From Macrostomum lignano (taxonomy: Eukaryota), in the NCBI GenBank assembly GCA_002269645.1, contig NIVC01001160.1:127372-191371 (forward strand): 64,000 nucleotides of DNA, read 5' to 3'. A program made the position numbers and the translations under genes. Numbering within the stretch: position 1 is the stretch's first letter; every line of letters begins with the position of its first letter. The notes below the pieces were generated by a model. It saw only the letters and a list, made by a program, of their open reading frames with translations, did no database searches and was not told where the DNA came from. Below are positions 59,468 to 64,000 of the stretch, piece by piece.

Positions 59468-59800
59468 ACACCTGACTGACCCACTGTCAGTTGATCAGAA
59501 CACTGACCCACACCTGACTGACCCACTGTCAGTTGATCAGAACACTGACCCATTTCCAGTTGATCAGAACACTGACCCACACCTGACTGACCCATTGTCA
59601 GTGGACCAGATCACTGACCCGATGTCTGACTGACCCATTGTCAGTGGACCAGATCACTGACCCGATGCCTGACTGACCCATTGTCAGTGGACCAGATCAC
59701 TGACCCGATGTCTGACTGACCCATTGTCAGTGGACCAGATCACTGACCTATTTCCAGTTGATCAGAACACTGACCCACACCTGACTGACCCCATTGTCAG
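59468..59800. repeat. About 42-bp tandem repeat with internal CTGAC...GTCAG dyad
   Basis: Direct periodicity downstream of the GPRIN stop. Confidence 0.85.
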
Positions 59801-60243
59801 TCAATGCTGAAACAGTCGCACTCTGAAAATAGTATTAATTGATTTACTTGAAATTGAGACCACTTGGAATGCATATTACAAATTTGAGAAAATAAATTTG
59901 GGAAGGTATTGTTCAACTGTGTAGTTGCTTAAAATAAAAGAAGATTACTATAACTGACTAAAAGAGTCTTTTGTATGTGTTTTGCGTACAGAAGTGACTT
60001 CATATTTGGTGTCTTCATAGATCATACTGATTGGATCAAATGGCAAAGTATTGAAATATATTTCTTTAAATAGTCTGCATTTTGTTGACTGACATAGCTA
60101 CTCGTAGATATCAGAGAGGCAAATGAGAGATGCGATCGAGTCACCTTGTTGAACAAAATTATATTCATTTTAAACAAGTCGCAAAAAGTACATTTTTTGT
60201 TAGTTAGTCAAGAGGCTACTGTCTTTGCTGTCTATGTTGTTTT

Positions 60244-60445
60244 GGGTAGTCAGGAGTCTAGTTGGATAGTCAGGAGTCTAGTTGGGTAGTCAGGAGTCTA
60301 GTTGGGTAGTCAGGAGTCTAGTTGGATAGTCAGGAGTCTAGTTGGGTAGTCAGGAGTCTAGTTGGGTAGTCAGGAGTCTAGTTGGATAGTCAGGAGTCTA
60401 GTTGGGTAGTCAGGAGTCTAGTTGGGTAGTCAGGAGTCTAGTTGG
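60244..60445. repeat. 20-bp tandem repeat (GGGTAGTCAGGAGTCTAGTT), about 10 copies
   Basis: Direct periodicity. Confidence 0.95.
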
Positions 60446-61334
60446 CAGCCTAGAATGTCCCGAAGCACGTCACGAAAAAGTAACCAACGCTTGCTACTAA
60501 TAAAGAGTAGTCACATTTGCTTATTATGATACGAATGGTTTAATATTAATCAGCAATAAAATACAACTTTTTGATGATGCGAATCCATGGATCAGATGCG
60601 GTACGGATTGCGGATTAGTGCAGGGCTGACTGCAAAGTCCCTGATAAGCCTGCTGATTGCAGTCACGGAGCTCACTGCTGTTGTCATCATTCTGGGATCG
60701 AATGTGGAACATACATTAATTTTCTGAGGATTTGCGAACCCTCCCAGCTATTCGTACGAGTGCAGAGTATGTTTTTTATCTCAGTGCGAAAATTATGTCC
60801 CAACTTCATGATATCTGCCTGGTATTGAGCTTCAAAATTGTTAATTGAATGAATTGAGATCAGGATCAGGTTGAATGAGATTGAGGGTGGGGTGAGATGA
60901 GATTGAGAGTAGTGTGAGATGGGATTGAGAATGGGGTGACATGAGATTGAGAATTAGATAAAATGAGATTGAGAATGGGACGAGAGGGAAAAGATGATAC
61001 GAGTCTCTTAAACCCAATCTAATTTGTCTAATCTCATTTGTGTGCACCTCACCAATATTAATGCAAGATTATCCAATCGAATGCTCATTAGGTAAATTGC
61101 TCTCTAGGCGAAACGAATTTATCTGAGTTTTGAATCCAAAAAGCCATTCGGCCATCAAATTGGATGACGGATTGCAATCTAGAGACTGGACTCCTCCGCT
61201 GTCAAATATCGGATTGAGATTTTCTCTTCAATAAGATGAGTTGGACGTGCCACACTCAATTGCCAAAGTGAGCCTGATTGTCCATCCCATTTCCAACCTC
61301 TCACATCCCTAGGGTGCCTGCCTCCATCCTTTAT

Positions 61335-61790
61335 CCTGTCCTCTCTCTCTCCCTCTCTACCTCTCTCCGCTCACTGATATACCTCTCTCCCCTCTCTACC
61401 TCTCTCCCCTCTCTACCTCTCTCCCTTCTCTACCTCTCTCCCCTCTCTACCTCTCTCCACTCTCTACCTCTCTCCCCTCTCTACCTCTCTCCCCTCTCTA
61501 CCTCTCTCCCCTCTCTACCTCTCTCCCTCTCTACCTCTCTCCCCTCTCTACCTCTCTCCCCTCTCTACCTCTATCCCCTCACTGATATACCTCTCTCCCC
61601 TCTCTACCTCTCTCCCCTCTCTATCTCTCTCCCTCTCTACCTCTCTCCCTCTCTACCTCTCTCCCCTCTCTACCTCTCTCCCCTCTCTACCTCTCTCCCC
61701 TCTCTACCTCTCTCCCCTCTCTACCTCTCTCCCTCTCTCCCTCTCTCCCCTCTCTCCCTCTCTCCCTCTCTACCTCTCTTTACTCTCCTA
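61335..61790. repeat. CT-rich tandem repeat (CTCTCTACCTCTCTCCC)
   Basis: Polypyrimidine periodicity. Confidence 0.9.
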
Positions 61791-62049
61791 TAGCTTCTCC
61801 GGTCTGCACGACATGCCGCATTGGCAGGGACCAATCCCATTGCATTTCTCCCAATATTAGTCGCCCACTCAGCCAGTCAGCTTGAAGGATTCCAGTCAAT
61901 AAATTGTTCAGGTCGTGGGAAAGAATCCGCAGCCCCAGTGATAAAGTTTTCCGGAATAGAAGCACAACTGATTTCAAACATTACTGTGAAAAGATTGCTC
62001 AACGAGTGCTGAGGAATCGGTAAGTATGAGCTCATTGAGGAATAAATTA

Positions 62050-62726
62050 GAAGGGGGAGAAGAAGGGAGGGAGAGGAGTGAGAGAGAGAGGATAGAGGGG
62101 AGAGAGGGAGAAAGACGGAGGGAGGGAGAGAGGGAGAGTGGGAGAGAGGGATAGAGGAGGGAGGGAGAGAGGGAGAGAGGGAGAGTGGGAGGGAGGGAGA
62201 GAGGGAGAGTGGGAGAGTGGGAGAGTGGGAGAGAGGGAGGGAGGGAGAGAGGAGAGTGGGAGGGAGGGAGAGAGGGAGGAAGGGAGAGAGGGAGAGTGGG
62301 AGAGTGGGAGAGAGGGAGAGTGGGAGAGTGGGAGAGTGGGAGAGAGGGAGGGAGGGAGAGAGGAGAGTGGGAGGGAGGGAGAGAGGGAGGAAGGGAGAGA
62401 GGGAGAGTGGGAGAGTGGGAGAGAGGGAGAGTGGGAGGGAGGGAGAGAGGGAGAGTGGGAGAGAGGGAGAGAGGGAGGGAGGGAGAGAGGGAGAGTGGGA
62501 GAGAGGGAGAGTGGGAGAGAGGGAGAGTGGGAGAGAGGGAGAGTGGGAGAGAGGGAGAGTGGGAGAGAGGGAGAGAGAGATTGAGAGAGGGAGAGAGGGA
62601 GAGAGGGAGAGAGGGAGAGAGGGAGAGAGGGAGAGAGGGAGAGAGGGAGAGAGGGAGAGTAAGAGAGAGGAAGAGAGGGAGAGTGGGAGAGAGGGAGAGA
62701 GGGAGAGAGGGAGAGAGGGAGAGAGA
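62050..62726. repeat. GA-rich tandem repeat (GAGAGTGGGAGAGAGG)
   Basis: Polypurine periodicity. Confidence 0.92.
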
Positions 62727-63217
62727 ATTATCATAGATAATTATGGTTCAGCTGCACAACTCTCAGGCAGCTCATGAGCAGCAAAATGAGAAGGCTGCTA
62801 CAATGGCAAACCGTGCAGATCTCACCGGAAGCCAGCAGTTTTCGCTACAAGAAATGCAGCATAGGCGTCCAGTGAAATCTGCACAGAAACCCTGACAGCG
62901 CTCCCAAGAGTGGGAGAATTCATTACTCGAACTTCCGGTGATTTCAGCCAATGTGCCCTGTCTCAATAATCCATTTTTCTGCTAGTCCATTCTCTCTCTC
63001 TTTCAGAGCGCTGTTAGTACTCGTATATCTTGCCTGTCTCAGTTGGTTTACATAGCCTTGTTTTCACACCAAGTCACGAGGCGCAAGTGGCACAGGTTGG
63101 CTGCAACACTTTATAGTTATTGACCCAGCTAGCATTGTTGCCATGCAATTTAAGAGTGTGAGACAGTTGTTGAACTGTTAATATTTATGAAATACGGAGC
63201 TCTTTATGGGCCAATCT

Positions 63218-64000
63218 GCCTCCCCTCCCCCTCCCTCTCTCTCCTCGCTCCCACTCTCCCCTCTCTCCCTCTCTCCCTCTCTCCCTCTCTCCCCTCCCTC
63301 TCTCCCTCTCTCCCACTCTCCCTCTCTTCCTCTCTCCCTCTCTCCCTCTCTCCCACTCTCCCTCTCTCCCATCTCCCTCTCTCCTCTCTCCCACTCTCCC
63401 TCTCTCCCTCTCTCCCACTCTCCCTCTCTCCCCTCTCTGAATCTCTTCCTCTCTCCCACTCTCCCTCTCTCCCACTCTCCCTCTCTCCCACTCTCCCTCT
63501 CTCCTCTCTCCCCACTCTCCCTCTCTCCCTCTCTTCCTCTCTCTTACTCTCCTTCTCTCCCTCTCTCCCTCTCTCCCTCTCTCCCTCTCTCCGTCTCTCC
63601 CTCTCTCCTCTCTCTCCCACTCTCCCTCTCTCCTCTCTCTCCACACTCTCCCTCTCTCCCACTCTCCCACTCTCCCTTCTACCACTCTCCCTCTCTTCCT
63701 CTCTCTTACTCTCCTTCTCTCCCTCTCTCCCTCTCTCTCTCTCTCCTCCCTCCCTCCCTCTCTCCCACTCTCCCTCTCTCCCTCTCTCCCACTCTCCACT
63801 CTCCCTCTCTCCCCTCTCTCCCACTCTCCTCTCTCCCTCTCCCCACTTCCTCCTCTCCCACTCTCCCACTCTCCCTCTCTCCACTCTCCCACTCTCCCTC
63901 TCTCCCACTCTCCCACTCTCCCTCTCTACCACTCTCCCTCTCTTCCTCTCTCTTACTCTCCTTCTCTCCCTCTCTCCTCTCTCCTCTCTCTCCCTCCTCC
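63218..64000. repeat. CT-rich tandem repeat (CCTCTCTCCCACTCTC), reverse complement of 62050-62726
   Basis: Polypyrimidine periodicity running to the window end. Confidence 0.92.

Noticed and set aside
60500-63210. Unique islands between microsatellites (60500-60720, 61790-62030, 62740-63200) as exons of a minus-strand gene
   Set aside because: I could not find a consistent splice-phase path or a recognisable domain; unresolved without RNA data.
61877-63932. Long Leu/Ser/Pro and Glu/Arg/Gly ORFs
   Set aside because: Translations of GA/CT microsatellites.

Overview
Eukaryotic, intron-containing animal genomic DNA with GC-rich exons in AT-rich, minisatellite-saturated spacers. The style is consistent with a free-living flatworm such as Macrostomum; this is an inference, not verified. 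I reconstructed eight spliced genes by hand from GT-AG junctions and phase matching: a signal peptide + PAN-like + fibrinogen-related (FReD) protein; two divergently transcribed, signal-peptide-bearing inhibitor-cystine-knot (conotoxin-like) peptides that the ORF track does not show as such; a RASSF2/4-like RA+SARAH protein; a 4-exon fatty-acid-binding protein; a class I/II PLP aminotransferase; UBE2L3; and a GPRIN (GRIN_C)-like protein. Mobile DNA includes a young, intact CsRn1-lineage Ty3/Gypsy element (203-bp LTRs, ATAC TSD), a second damaged Gypsy running into an assembly gap, two decayed copies of an RNase-H-bearing non-LTR element, a decayed RTE-like LINE, an internally deleted piggyBac, a foldback/Mutator-like element, three hAT-type non-autonomous elements and a Transib/Chapaev-like transposase fossil. 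More than 20 tandem arrays are present. The most interesting signals are (1) the head-to-head knottin pair, one secreted and one with a hydrophobic, possibly GPI-anchoring tail, and (2) minisatellites that tandemly amplify the exon/intron donor junction in two unrelated genes.
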